This document shows, piece by piece, positions 18,434 to 27,035 of a DNA stretch of 64,000 bases (its first letter is position 1; every line of letters starts with the position of its first letter). A model generated the notes under the pieces. It was given only the letters and a program-made list of their open reading frames with translations. It searched no databases and was not told where the DNA came from. Source of the stretch: an uncultured virus (IMG/VR IMGVR_UViG_3300013497_000039) (Duplodnaviria; Heunggongvirae; Uroviricota; Caudoviricetes); IMG/VR virus record IMGVR_UViG_3300013497_000039, positions 1 through 64,000 of that record. One strand, given 5' to 3'. Made by a program: the position numbers and the translations under genes.

Positions 18434-18673
18434 TCACGGCTCTAATTTCATTGATTCGTATTCTTGCATTACATCCTTTACAATCCCCTTATCCAACTCG
18501 AATTCTCTATCTTCCTCTTCCTCAATGCGATACAGGTTTTTATAATGCTGAATATCCTGGGCTTGTTTTGCAACAATCCTTCCTAATCTGCAGATGATTT
18601 CATCCTGTTTTTCACACATATCCATGTAAAGGTCAAGTAATTCAAGTAACGATGATTCCTCCAAATATTCCAT
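18434..18673 (-). CDS. Hypothetical coiled-coil protein
   Basis: RBS GGAGG before MEYLEES. Confidence 0.6.
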   Translation of the reverse strand: MEYLEESSLLELLDLYMDMCEKQDEIICRLGRIVAKQAQDIQHYKNLYRIEEEEDREFELDKGIVKDVMQEYESMKLEP

Positions 18674-18686
18674 GTTTCCTCCTTGG

Positions 18687-18821
18687 CTACTCCTTAACAT
18701 TCCCTTCCTCTGTAAGCCCAACAGCATCCAGATCCGCCTTTACTGCAGTCTGGAATCTGGCCGGAACACTGTTGAGAGTTCTCCGGCCGGCAATAATGAG
18801 TGCAACATATAAATCTACCAT
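18687..18821 (-). CDS. CD1375-like small phage protein
   Basis: MVDLYVALIIAGRRTLNSVPARFQTAV. Confidence 0.7.
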   Translation of the reverse strand: MVDLYVALIIAGRRTLNSVPARFQTAVKADLDAVGLTEEGNVKE

Positions 18822-18878
18822 GGTTCTCCCTCCTTTCTCAAAAAATGTATTTATATAAAACAAAAAGAAGCTGAACAT

Positions 18879-18998
18879 TTAGGCACCAGCTTCTTTTGTT
18901 TTAAGAACAGCTTTCTCTACATCTGCCCTGAACAGCTCTGGAACGCTCTCTACCGTTCTTTTTCCAACTTCGACAAGTCTCACATACAATTCTAACAT
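18879..18998 (-). CDS. Second CD1375-like small protein (not in the ORF track)
   Basis: Translated by hand: MLELYVRLVEVGKRTVESVPELFRADVEKAVLKTKEAGA*. Confidence 0.65.
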   Translation of the reverse strand: MLELYVRLVEVGKRTVESVPELFRADVEKAVLKTKEAGA

Positions 18999-19000
18999 AC

Positions 19001-19345
19001 CTACTTACCTCCATTCTGCATTTCGTAAAGGTCTGCAATTGCAGCCATAATAGTTAATTGATTTTCTTCCTGAGCCAGGAGTTTTTCATAAATATCAGCC
19101 TGAGCCGCCATGCTCACAAGAACGTTGTCTTTCATAGGCTGGTTAATTTCTTCCTGGGCCAAAAGCAGGTTATAATCTTCTTGGGAAATAAACCTGCTTT
19201 CACATTTCCATCCGGACTCTTTTGTTCCATCTGAATTTTCACGCTCATACCCTACTATATTTCTTCTTTGAATATAGGTATCCCTGTTAACCAATTCCAA
19301 AGACTTAGGTTGCTGTATAGAGCATTCTTCCTGCCAATTTGTCAT
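19001..19345 (-). CDS. Tail-fibre-associated / XkdW-like protein
   Basis: C-terminal ...MAAIADLYE coiled coil, upstream of the CD1375-like genes. Confidence 0.55.
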   Translation of the reverse strand: MTNWQEECSIQQPKSLELVNRDTYIQRRNIVGYERENSDGTKESGWKCESRFISQEDYNLLLAQEEINQPMKDNVLVSMAAQADIYEKLLAQEENQLTIMAAIADLYEMQNGGK

Positions 19346-20504
19346 TCCGGTTATCCTCCTTCGCTAATTTTGATATGATTTTTTTTATACTTCTGACACT
19401 CACATATGGCTTCACATTCATAAGATACCATTCATAGGAATTTGTACAGGGTACCCAACCCATAAGAGATACAAAGCTTAAACATAATTGTTTTGGAAGC
19501 CTCTGTTGATTCTCTTTCTTTCTATTTATTCTCCTTGATACCGCCGACAGGTGCTTCATAATGTGCTTTCGCATAAGTGTTCGGTCCCGATAAAAATAAA
19601 AGCCCATAGCAGATATGCGCCTTCCTGTTCTCTTTCCACTTTTTTTCACATAATCAAACCGGGCAACTTGCCAATCTCCCTTCATTCTCAAGCGGTGCTT
19701 TCCCAACCAACGTTTTACCTCTTTCAAAACAGAATGTAGTTTTTTCTTATTATCATCCATAAAAGTGAGGTTATCCATATACCTCACATAATGAGCTACG
19801 CCAAAAACACATTTAATTTTATAGTCCAGCTCCTGTAATAAAAAATTGGCAAGCCACTGGCTCACAAAGAAACCAAGCGGTATTCCCATCTTACTAAACT
19901 GAATCAGGGTTAGATCAATTAGATGTAAGAAAAATGAATCATTAATGCGTCTTTTAAGCTTTTCCCTGACAACGGAATATCTCACATGGTCATAAAAATG
20001 TCTTATATCACATTGTGCGAAATTCCTTATCCCCTTACCTCTATGGATCCACCTGTTGACTGCTTTTTTCCCTTTGTGAGTACCTCTCCCCGGGAAAGAA
20101 GAATAGGTATGCATATAGGCACTGCCTTCAATAATTGGTTCCAATACCAAAATTAGAATATGATGGACCCATTGCTCAATTACACCAGGGACATAAATAA
20201 CTCTGCATTTACCAGCCTCTTTTATCAGGATAGGTTTATGTTTCTTCGGCCGGAAAGCCAGCTCTGGATGTTCTACTTTCCAGCCCTTGGGTTTAGTATT
20301 TATCAGCATGATCTGCACCTTGCTAACCCAATTCTCAAAATCTTTCTCTATCTCTATGATTTCTTTCCGCATAGTCTTTTTCTTTCGCATTCTCACGAAT
20401 GCACGTACAATAACCCCTTTTTGACAAGCTAATTGATAGAGATATCTGTAACTTTTTTTCTTAACCCAGGGGACTCCTAATACCTTTTCGATGTCATATG
20501 TCAT
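19305..20504 (-). CDS. DGR reverse transcriptase
   Basis: CDIRHFY, GIPLGFFVSQ (DGR GxxxSQ signature), YVRYMDN at the YxDD position; adjacent TR. Confidence 0.92.
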   Translation of the reverse strand: MTYDIEKVLGVPWVKKKSYRYLYQLACQKGVIVRAFVRMRKKKTMRKEIIEIEKDFENWVSKVQIMLINTKPKGWKVEHPELAFRPKKHKPILIKEAGKCRVIYVPGVIEQWVHHILILVLEPIIEGSAYMHTYSSFPGRGTHKGKKAVNRWIHRGKGIRNFAQCDIRHFYDHVRYSVVREKLKRRINDSFFLHLIDLTLIQFSKMGIPLGFFVSQWLANFLLQELDYKIKCVFGVAHYVRYMDNLTFMDDNKKKLHSVLKEVKRWLGKHRLRMKGDWQVARFDYVKKSGKRTGRRISAMGFYFYRDRTLMRKHIMKHLSAVSRRINRKKENQQRLPKQLCLSFVSLMGWVPCTNSYEWYLMNVKPYVSVRSIKKIISKLAKEDNRNDKLAGRMLYTAT

Positions 20505-20677
20505 TTTGCTTCTATCTCCTTGTCACTTTCCTACATTCCTTTGTACTTGTAACACCTGCTTCGGAACAATTTCCACTCACCAAAACCAATTATGGCGGAT
20601 ATACCGGTATTTCAACCGTCAGAGGTGTCGGATTGTTGGTGGCATTTGAATCACTGTTCCATGTATAAGATAGAAAT

Positions 20678-20774
20678 GAGGCGCCGTAGTTCCACCAGGC
20701 GTTAGTAGCGACATTGTTGAATGTGCGGGCAAAAAGACCGCCATTAAGACCATTGTTGCAATTAGCCAGCCGGA
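20678..20774 (-). repeat. DGR template repeat (TR), 97 bp
   Basis: Matches VR 20931-21027 except at 12 positions, all adenines on the minus strand; rich in AAY codons. Confidence 0.95.
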
Positions 20775-20865
20775 ACGCCCGATAGGTCGCCCCAACAACC
20801 CCTAAAATTCGTTGCATTGTAAAAACCCATCTTGAAATTCTTTTAAAAATCACCCTAAAAGCATC

Positions 20866-20909
20866 TTGGGGGAAGCCCCCCAACCCCCCTAAACACTGCT
20901 TACGCAGTG
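20866..20909 (-). promoter_or_regulatory. DGR target-recognition hairpins 3' of the VR
   Basis: CACTGC-GTAA-GCAGTG (20894-20909, over the stop codon) and TTGGGGG-n4-CCCCCAA (20866-20883). Confidence 0.65.
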
Positions 20910-22204
20910 ACAGGTTGTGGTTGCAGAAGCGAGGCGCCGTAGCTCCACCAGGCGTCAGCAGCGACATCGGCGAATGCGCGGGCAAAAAGACCGCCACCAA
21001 GACCATCGCTGCAACTAGCCAGCCGGAGTGACACCGCCGTAATCGCCGGATTTACCCAGGTATGGTCACAGTATCCCGTAGCAGTACTACAGGTTATTTC
21101 CGCTCTTGGAACTGCTCCATATCCAGGAACAACCTCTGTAGTAGCATAATAATTATTTGCCGGCAGCGTAACTCCTGTATCAATATAAGTAGCGCCAGAA
21201 AGGTCATACTTATAGTCAGGACTTACCTTTATAACACCATTTACCATTACCGCATAGGGATCTCTCTGCCACACCATTTGAGAGCCAAGAACGCATGAAT
21301 GAAATACTTTATTAAAACTTTTTGCGTCACTGGAACCATAAAACTGCCCTCCGCCAATAATTGTATTGATCTTTGTTCCATGCTTCTGCTCTTTATCCTC
21401 TACATAATTGCTGCTCATCCCCGCTCCCAAAGAAGATTGGGTGTTCGTTGACTTTGTAAGCATAACGCAAATATCAGCCAGGGTGTTTAATAAAGCGCCC
21501 CCAAAGAAAAGAGCATCTGCATCCGTTTTCTTTATTGCTGTATTCTGTACTTCTGTGGTTACGTTCGCAGCTGCAGTTGTATCACTGGTATTTCCGCTTG
21601 CTGTTCCCCAGCTCCATTGTCCTGCCAGGCTTCTCATTTTCCCGCCGGCATCTATTGAGCCGTAAAACATCGGAATAAGCATATGGTCCCGTTCAATTCC
21701 AAGAACATTGAACCCTATTGGTTTAAAATCATCAGTGATTTTTCTCTCACAGAACAAAACATACCTATCATAGCCGACTTTATATGTATAGGTATAAATT
21801 TTCTTAATAATGGCCATTGCGTTTCCGGCATAACTAGCATTGGACACATCGGAAGCGGTACCGTCAATTGCCTTTTTGGAATAATCGTTTTCATCCAAAT
21901 AATAGTCAATTCCTCCGCTCCAATTAGCCATAACCGGCTTATTAGCTTTTAACCATTCCCAATTTCCCCACGAACCATAATTCATAACATGAGTACTCAT
22001 ATTCATAGACATTGGGATAAAATCCTTATTGGCACCAATATACTCCACTCTGGTGGCCGGATTCAAATCAGCCTCATGAATAATCATTCCATAAATAGGA
22101 GATTCCGTTGGAATCAGGTATTCTAATAGCTTTTTTGTATTGGCAAAAGTGCTGTCAAGTGTTGCTTTATCCGCAACAAATATTTTTTCTGGCATTTTTT
22201 CCAC
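20900..22204 (-). CDS. DGR target protein, probable receptor-binding tail fibre (Mtd/CLec-like C-terminus)
   Basis: VR at the extreme C-terminus (…GGGLFA…WWSYGASL); located after the baseplate/tail-collar genes. Confidence 0.85.
   Translation of the reverse strand: MEKMPEKIFVADKATLDSTFANTKKLLEYLIPTESPIYGMIIHEADLNPATRVEYIGANKDFIPMSMNMSTHVMNYGSWGNWEWLKANKPVMANWSGGIDYYLDENDYSKKAIDGTASDVSNASYAGNAMAIIKKIYTYTYKVGYDRYVLFCERKITDDFKPIGFNVLGIERDHMLIPMFYGSIDAGGKMRSLAGQWSWGTASGNTSDTTAAANVTTEVQNTAIKKTDADALFFGGALLNTLADICVMLTKSTNTQSSLGAGMSSNYVEDKEQKHGTKINTIIGGGQFYGSSDAKSFNKVFHSCVLGSQMVWQRDPYAVMVNGVIKVSPDYKYDLSGATYIDTGVTLPANNYYATTEVVPGYGAVPRAEITCSTATGYCDHTWVNPAITAVSLRLASCSDGLGGGLFARAFADVAADAWWSYGASLLQPQPVTA
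20931..21027 (-). repeat. DGR variable repeat (VR)
   Basis: See TR; 11 A->G and 1 A->C differences. Confidence 0.95.
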
Positions 22205-22219
22205 CTTCCTAATATACTA

Positions 22220-22269
22220 CAATGTAATTTTTTTTTGCGTTTTTGTTAGATTATAACGGAATACGTTAT
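22220..22269. promoter_or_regulatory. Regulatory region upstream of the DGR target gene
   Basis: TGTTAGATTATAACGGAA (22244-22261) is identical to 16770-16787; CAATGTAATTTTTTTTT (22220-22236) matches 48637-48653 at 16/17. Confidence 0.65.
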
Positions 22270-22270
22270 T

Positions 22271-22492
22271 TTAACTGTCTGATTCAATATAAAGCAGACC
22301 GTTTTCTACTCCAAAATGATAGGTGTTGGAGTTTTTATCATCTTTCATGTGCTTAATAGATTCATCATTTTTAAGGAGCTGCTGAAAGAGAGGATTAAAC
22401 ATATTTGCATGAGCCGGATCTGATTTTTCCAACATGCGCAGTTCGTTACTGTACACAGGGTTTGATACATCAAAATTTGCCATACTTACCAC
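22271..22492 (-). CDS. Short tail-fibre N-terminal-like protein
   Basis: LEKSDPAHANMFNPLFQQLLKND motif typical of tail-fibre N-termini. Confidence 0.6.
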   Translation of the reverse strand: MVSMANFDVSNPVYSNELRMLEKSDPAHANMFNPLFQQLLKNDESIKHMKDDKNSNTYHFGVENGLLYIESDS

Positions 22493-22500
22493 TTCCTTTC

Positions 22501-22890
22501 CTAGAATGTATCGTCTATTTCAAAACCCATTTCCTGATCCGGATCCTTCCCCTTATCCAGGAATGATTTTATTGCTATCAAGTCCCCATCGGCATCATAC
22601 AGAGCAATTTCATTAATATACTTATTGGCCAGCTCTGACTCAGTCAATGTACTGGTATATCGGTAGACCAGCTTTGAAATGGCTTTGTATCCATCAATCG
22701 GCTTTCTAAGCAATTCACGTCTTAGAGAAGTCTGATCCGCCGTTGGAGCAATGACTCCTCCTGAAGCATTTTTCGCCCCGTCTCCAAAAGCCATTCCAAC
22801 AATCTTAGGAAGAGCAGCAATCCCAGCCCTTGCTTTCAGCATTTTCTCCCTTGCCTTATCTGTTACAATACTTTCTGCCATTATTCCCAA
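22501..22890 (-). CDS. Tail-collar fibre protein
   Basis: MAFGDG...TSLRRELLR...INEIALYDADGDLIAI. Confidence 0.75.
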   Translation of the reverse strand: MGIMAESIVTDKAREKMLKARAGIAALPKIVGMAFGDGAKNASGGVIAPTADQTSLRRELLRKPIDGYKAISKLVYRYTSTLTESELANKYINEIALYDADGDLIAIKSFLDKGKDPDQEMGFEIDDTF

Positions 22891-24065
22891 ACCTCCTTAA
22901 TCTGGTAGGCATCCATGACCTGGCCACCATCCATTAAAAATGTGCCATCCAGGTGCCATAAATTATGTGTAATAGTTACTGTAGGCGGTGATATACTTTC
23001 CTGGTTGTAAACCTGAAATCGGTTCGTATTCTTCATTTTGTATTCAGGCAATCCATTCCCAAGATTCTCTTTACCATCTAATTGATATCTTCCATTGAGA
23101 GCACCCGACCACCAATAAATTACAGACCGAAATACGCTTCGAATCACCGCTTTTTCCACGTTTTTCATACCAAAGGTATTCCAAATAATCCTACTGTCAA
23201 AAGCCTCCGGAATTGTCACTGTGAATCTATTCCGCAGAAACATCTTGTATGGCGGAAACTCCTGATTAAGAAATGTCTCTCCATCCAAAAAATATTCCCC
23301 ATTTAGAAGAACCTTCGCACCGCTCCACCAGTAAAAAGCGAACCGGAGAAAGCCTCTAATTTCAGCTCTCTCCGTTGTTTTCATCCAAAAGGTATTCCGC
23401 ATGGCATTTGCTAATAAATGCTCTAAAATTACCGCTGTGTAACGATTCCTGACCAGAAGCCTATACGGCGGGAATACAAATCCCAACTTCATATCTCCAT
23501 TTAAAAGATGTGAACCATTCAACAAACAATCTTTACGGAACCAATACATAGTCATTTTGTGCATAATTTTTAAATAAAAGTGTTCAATTATCCGAACCCT
23601 TCCCAAATAATAATCCTGGTAAAAGGCCATGTGCGCTTCCTTGTAGTCCTCTACAATTTGCCTTATTAAGCTGCTGTTGCAATCAAGGCTATCTTCTCTT
23701 ACCCGGATTTGAAAAGTGTATGGCGACACATTACGGATAATATCCACATTAGCTTTTGCAATATTTTTTATCAGTCTTTCCAAGGAAATGGGTGTAATTC
23801 TCGGCAAAGCAATCAGCTTCATCATTACTTTTGCCCTTCGCTCCTCAACGGATTGTATCCCTCCGTCAATTTCCAGCAATTCATCCCATAACCTAAGCCC
23901 CCAGGTAGCTGTCTGCGGATTGAACTGGTTTGGCAGGTCCTCTAATATTGCATGAAGAATATTAAGTTCCTCTCCTTTGGCATTATTCTGAGCCAGATAA
24001 TATTTACTCTCTCTATAATACCCTTCAACGTATTTAAGCATTTCTTCGGATCGGTTAGTTTCCAT
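22881..24065 (-). CDS. Baseplate wedge protein (XkdU/YmfQ, DUF2313-like) with C-terminal LNG repeats
   Basis: PQTATWGLRLWD...EERRAKV; repeated LNG/LDG units. Confidence 0.75.
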   Translation of the reverse strand: METNRSEEMLKYVEGYYRESKYYLAQNNAKGEELNILHAILEDLPNQFNPQTATWGLRLWDELLEIDGGIQSVEERRAKVMMKLIALPRITPISLERLIKNIAKANVDIIRNVSPYTFQIRVREDSLDCNSSLIRQIVEDYKEAHMAFYQDYYLGRVRIIEHFYLKIMHKMTMYWFRKDCLLNGSHLLNGDMKLGFVFPPYRLLVRNRYTAVILEHLLANAMRNTFWMKTTERAEIRGFLRFAFYWWSGAKVLLNGEYFLDGETFLNQEFPPYKMFLRNRFTVTIPEAFDSRIIWNTFGMKNVEKAVIRSVFRSVIYWWSGALNGRYQLDGKENLGNGLPEYKMKNTNRFQVYNQESISPPTVTITHNLWHLDGTFLMDGGQVMDAYQIKEVWE

Positions 24066-25218
24066 CGAAATACACCTCCCCGGCTGAAGGTTTCAGATGT
24101 ACTGGTACCTGGACATTGGTGTCTGACTGATTTAAGAGTACACTTCCAAAATCTTTTATGCCCGTTACATGCTTTATAGCATCTTCCACATAATGTATCC
24201 GCACCAGGCCTCCAATGCCAACCTTTGAAATTTCTTTCTTTACTGCCTCTATAACAGCTTGCCGCGTATTCAAAAGACTGTAGCCACTCTCAAATTCCAA
24301 ATCATTAACATCAATTCGGATAGCGTAATTTTCCGTAGTAATTACAGTAACTACTGCTCCGATGGGAGCCCTGCCCTCTCCTTCCCCTTCATGGCTCTCC
24401 GGATCCAAATGCTCCTTTACGTCCGGTACCAAATCAGGAATAGGAGAACCGCCCTCACCGATAATGATGACCTGGACAGTTCCCGGACCATTCCATAAGG
24501 GTATCACTTCTACTTCAACAACTCCGGCTACTTCCTTCGCCCATTGTTTGTAATCATTTTTATTTCCGCCACTTGTAGGATTTCTAACCTTGTCAAGCAG
24601 ACGGGCCAACAGCGAATCATCACTTTCCTCATCTACTCCATTTGTAAAAGCAAGCGGATTTCCAATAGAGGTAAGGTTCTGAATATCAGCAAGGTTTAAA
24701 TTTACTTCCTCCGCCTGGGCATTGCCGGCAGAACCTATTTCATCAGCTACAATATCAACCTCCACCTGTCCATCATTACCAATTACGGAATACTCCTGGG
24801 AAGTATAATATTTTACACTTAATGCGGAGCCAGCCGGAATGCTGTTTGAAAATTTAGTCCCGGCCGGAATTGCTGTGCCAATAGCTCCCTGAATTAATAT
24901 CTTTCCGCTTGCATAAGTAGCACCTTTCCGGTATACACCACGAGCAGCTGCAGCCAGTGTAAGCCATTGGCCAAAAGAGTGTTGAGGAAAGGCAAGTAAA
25001 ATAACATTGCGCAACATGAAATATGCTACAGCAAACTCTGTATTAGTAGGCTCTATGGCATCATATTCATAACTCCCCACCGAAACATCAAGCCCTTCGG
25101 GTACCCTCTCATATACCCTTTCTCGGATAGTTTCCTCATCCTGTGCTGCAAGCCATTCAATAACGTCTAGGGATCCATCCTGTATCATTTCTATAAAATC
25201 ATACTTAGGTAGTGACAT
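24055..25218 (-). CDS. Baseplate J-like protein (XkdT)
   Basis: GVDEESDDSL, GGNKNDYKQWA, PLWNGPGTV. Confidence 0.9.
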   Translation of the reverse strand: MSLPKYDFIEMIQDGSLDVIEWLAAQDEETIRERVYERVPEGLDVSVGSYEYDAIEPTNTEFAVAYFMLRNVILLAFPQHSFGQWLTLAAAARGVYRKGATYASGKILIQGAIGTAIPAGTKFSNSIPAGSALSVKYYTSQEYSVIGNDGQVEVDIVADEIGSAGNAQAEEVNLNLADIQNLTSIGNPLAFTNGVDEESDDSLLARLLDKVRNPTSGGNKNDYKQWAKEVAGVVEVEVIPLWNGPGTVQVIIIGEGGSPIPDLVPDVKEHLDPESHEGEGEGRAPIGAVVTVITTENYAIRIDVNDLEFESGYSLLNTRQAVIEAVKKEISKVGIGGLVRIHYVEDAIKHVTGIKDFGSVLLNQSDTNVQVPVHLKPSAGEVYFDGN

Positions 25219-25663
25219 AATTCAACTCCTTTACCACCGGGACGCTGGTGCCATCCACCCCGTTTACAACAAATTTGCAGATAATTGTATCTCCTTCATA
25301 ACTTGCAGTGAAATCGCTTATATTTTCAATCAGCGGATGGTATTCCAACGCCTCTGCGTAAACTCTTCGTAATTCACATTCTACGACTTCATACGGGTCA
25401 TCCTGATTCAAAATCAAATCAATTTCATTTCCGTAAGAATCCGGATAAATGAGATTCTTATATCTGCGATCATGAAGAATTTTATTTACTATCTGCTCCA
25501 ACATTTCGTTTGCATTGCTTGTGGTGATAACATTATCCATCACATCAGTGACAAACTCATTTTTTTCAAAATCAAACTTAAATGTGTGTTTTCCCTGCAG
25601 AGTATCTTTGTATGTTTTTATCGTGGTACTGCTTATTTCATAAGATTGAGGTAATATTCCCAT
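25205..25663 (-). CDS. Baseplate protein XkdS-like (DUF2634)
   Basis: FDFEKNEF...RY.IY...YG.E; gene position. Confidence 0.75.
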   Translation of the reverse strand: MGILPQSYEISSTTIKTYKDTLQGKHTFKFDFEKNEFVTDVMDNVITTSNANEMLEQIVNKILHDRRYKNLIYPDSYGNEIDLILNQDDPYEVVECELRRVYAEALEYHPLIENISDFTASYEGDTIICKFVVNGVDGTSVPVVKELNYVTT

Positions 25664-25986
25664 TAGCTTCCCACCACCTTGCACATAACAACAAACTGCG
25701 AACCACCCGCCGGAACTCCGGCCACTCTGTCACCCACAATAAGGCTTCCTTTCAAATCTATCTTTGCATCAGGAAGATTCGTTCCGGAAGAGCTTATGCT
25801 GCCTTCCCTTTTGCAGTCCAGCAGCATATCATTTACCCATAGGCCTGACGATATATCAAAACCTATTTCATCAAATTTTATAGTGAGTGGTGAGATATTT
25901 TTTACAGTCCCCAGCATAACACTAAGGCCGCCGGCAGACTTTCTTCCTGATATACCTTTAATTATTCTCGCTGCTTCTGCACTCAA
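25663..25986 (-). CDS. XkdR-like protein (DUF2577)
   Basis: GTV..ISPLTI...L.VGDRV....GG.QFVV. Confidence 0.75.
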   Translation of the reverse strand: MSAEAARIIKGISGRKSAGGLSVMLGTVKNISPLTIKFDEIGFDISSGLWVNDMLLDCKREGSISSSGTNLPDAKIDLKGSLIVGDRVAGVPAGGSQFVVMCKVVGS

Positions 25987-26000
25987 ACTACCACCCTTTC

Positions 26001-27035
26001 TTATGATTTTTTCTTATCCTTCGGAGCTTCATATTCAATTTCCGGTAACTCATCAGTCCAGGCTAAAGTAAGGCTCATTTCATGATATCCGTTACTGTAT
26101 GTATGGCTGTCTGACTCAATATAAAACCCTCCCACCAATCCAGTTTCGTTGTCTATTACATAGATCCCCATTCCAGTTTCTATGCCATCTATTCCAAAGG
26201 TTTTAATGGAGCCATTTTTCTGCACTGCAGACAACTCTTTTAATTTTTGAGCTGCTATTGCATTTATTTCCGCCTGCGTCATTTTGTCGCTCTGGCTTAC
26301 ATATTCCTGCATTACTCCATATGTTTTCTGAGCTTCTTCGTTTTTTTGCTCCGCTGATATCTCCTTTCCTTTGGAATTTTTCCCGACTACTTTTATCTGC
26401 GTGTAGGTATTTTCTATGCTTTCATCATAAGAGGAATCCAGCAAGTTCACGCCCTCTTCGATAACCCATTGTACGGTCTGCTTAAGCTTTTCAATAAGTT
26501 CCAGATTTCCATTTCTAACACGGGTAGTAAACCGCCTTCCGCTTTGTTTTCTGGTTTCTGTAAGAGCTATAATGATCATATCCCATGGGCTTTTTTTCAT
26601 AAAATGTAGAACAGAAAACTTAACACCGGTATCCTCAATAGTTCCTGTGCTTATCCCTAAGGTTTTACACAGGCTTGAGACAATCTCACTTGCGGTCATG
26701 TTCTCAAATTTTTTATCCATCTTACTGCGAGTAAGCCACCATCGGATATCCCTAGCCGTATACTTTATGACTGTACTGCTTCGGGTTTTGCTTTTCTTAG
26801 TGATGATGTACCTCATAAGCTCCTGATCTGCCGTATCATATATCACGATAGCACTTCCGTTCGGGAAATCCGTCTTCCCATTAACCTTTGTTACTTCCAA
26901 ATTAAGAGTACGGGAGGCTTCGTCTTTGCTGCCACCCCAGGTCATGGTGGTGACAGCCTCTTCAATCCAAGAAATAAGATTTTCTCGGATAACAGCAACC
27001 TTGTACTTTTCCCTTTCTTTGTATAATTCTTTCAT
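26001..27035 (-). CDS. Baseplate hub XkdQ-like
   Basis: TWGG...ASRTL, F.N.TASEI, ESIE..YT.IKV, YG.MQ. Confidence 0.8.
   Translation of the reverse strand: MKELYKEREKYKVAVIRENLISWIEEAVTTMTWGGSKDEASRTLNLEVTKVNGKTDFPNGSAIVIYDTADQELMRYIITKKSKTRSSTVIKYTARDIRWWLTRSKMDKKFENMTASEIVSSLCKTLGISTGTIEDTGVKFSVLHFMKKSPWDMIIIALTETRKQSGRRFTTRVRNGNLELIEKLKQTVQWVIEEGVNLLDSSYDESIENTYTQIKVVGKNSKGKEISAEQKNEEAQKTYGVMQEYVSQSDKMTQAEINAIAAQKLKELSAVQKNGSIKTFGIDGIETGMGIYVIDNETGLVGGFYIESDSHTYSNGYHEMSLTLAWTDELPEIEYEAPKDKKKS

Noticed and set aside
19169..19180. Partial copy of the XRE operator (GTTATAATCT)
   Set aside because: Short, inside a coding region and lacking the flanking half-sites
19305..20504. Group II intron or retron RT
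   Set aside because: The GxxxSQ motif and an adenine-specific TR/VR pair identify a DGR; no maturase/endonuclease domain or VTG motif
20590..21006. 138-aa ORF between the target gene and RT as a possible avd
   Set aside because: It is an off-frame read of the VR end running into TR; no RBS and no Avd-like helical sequence
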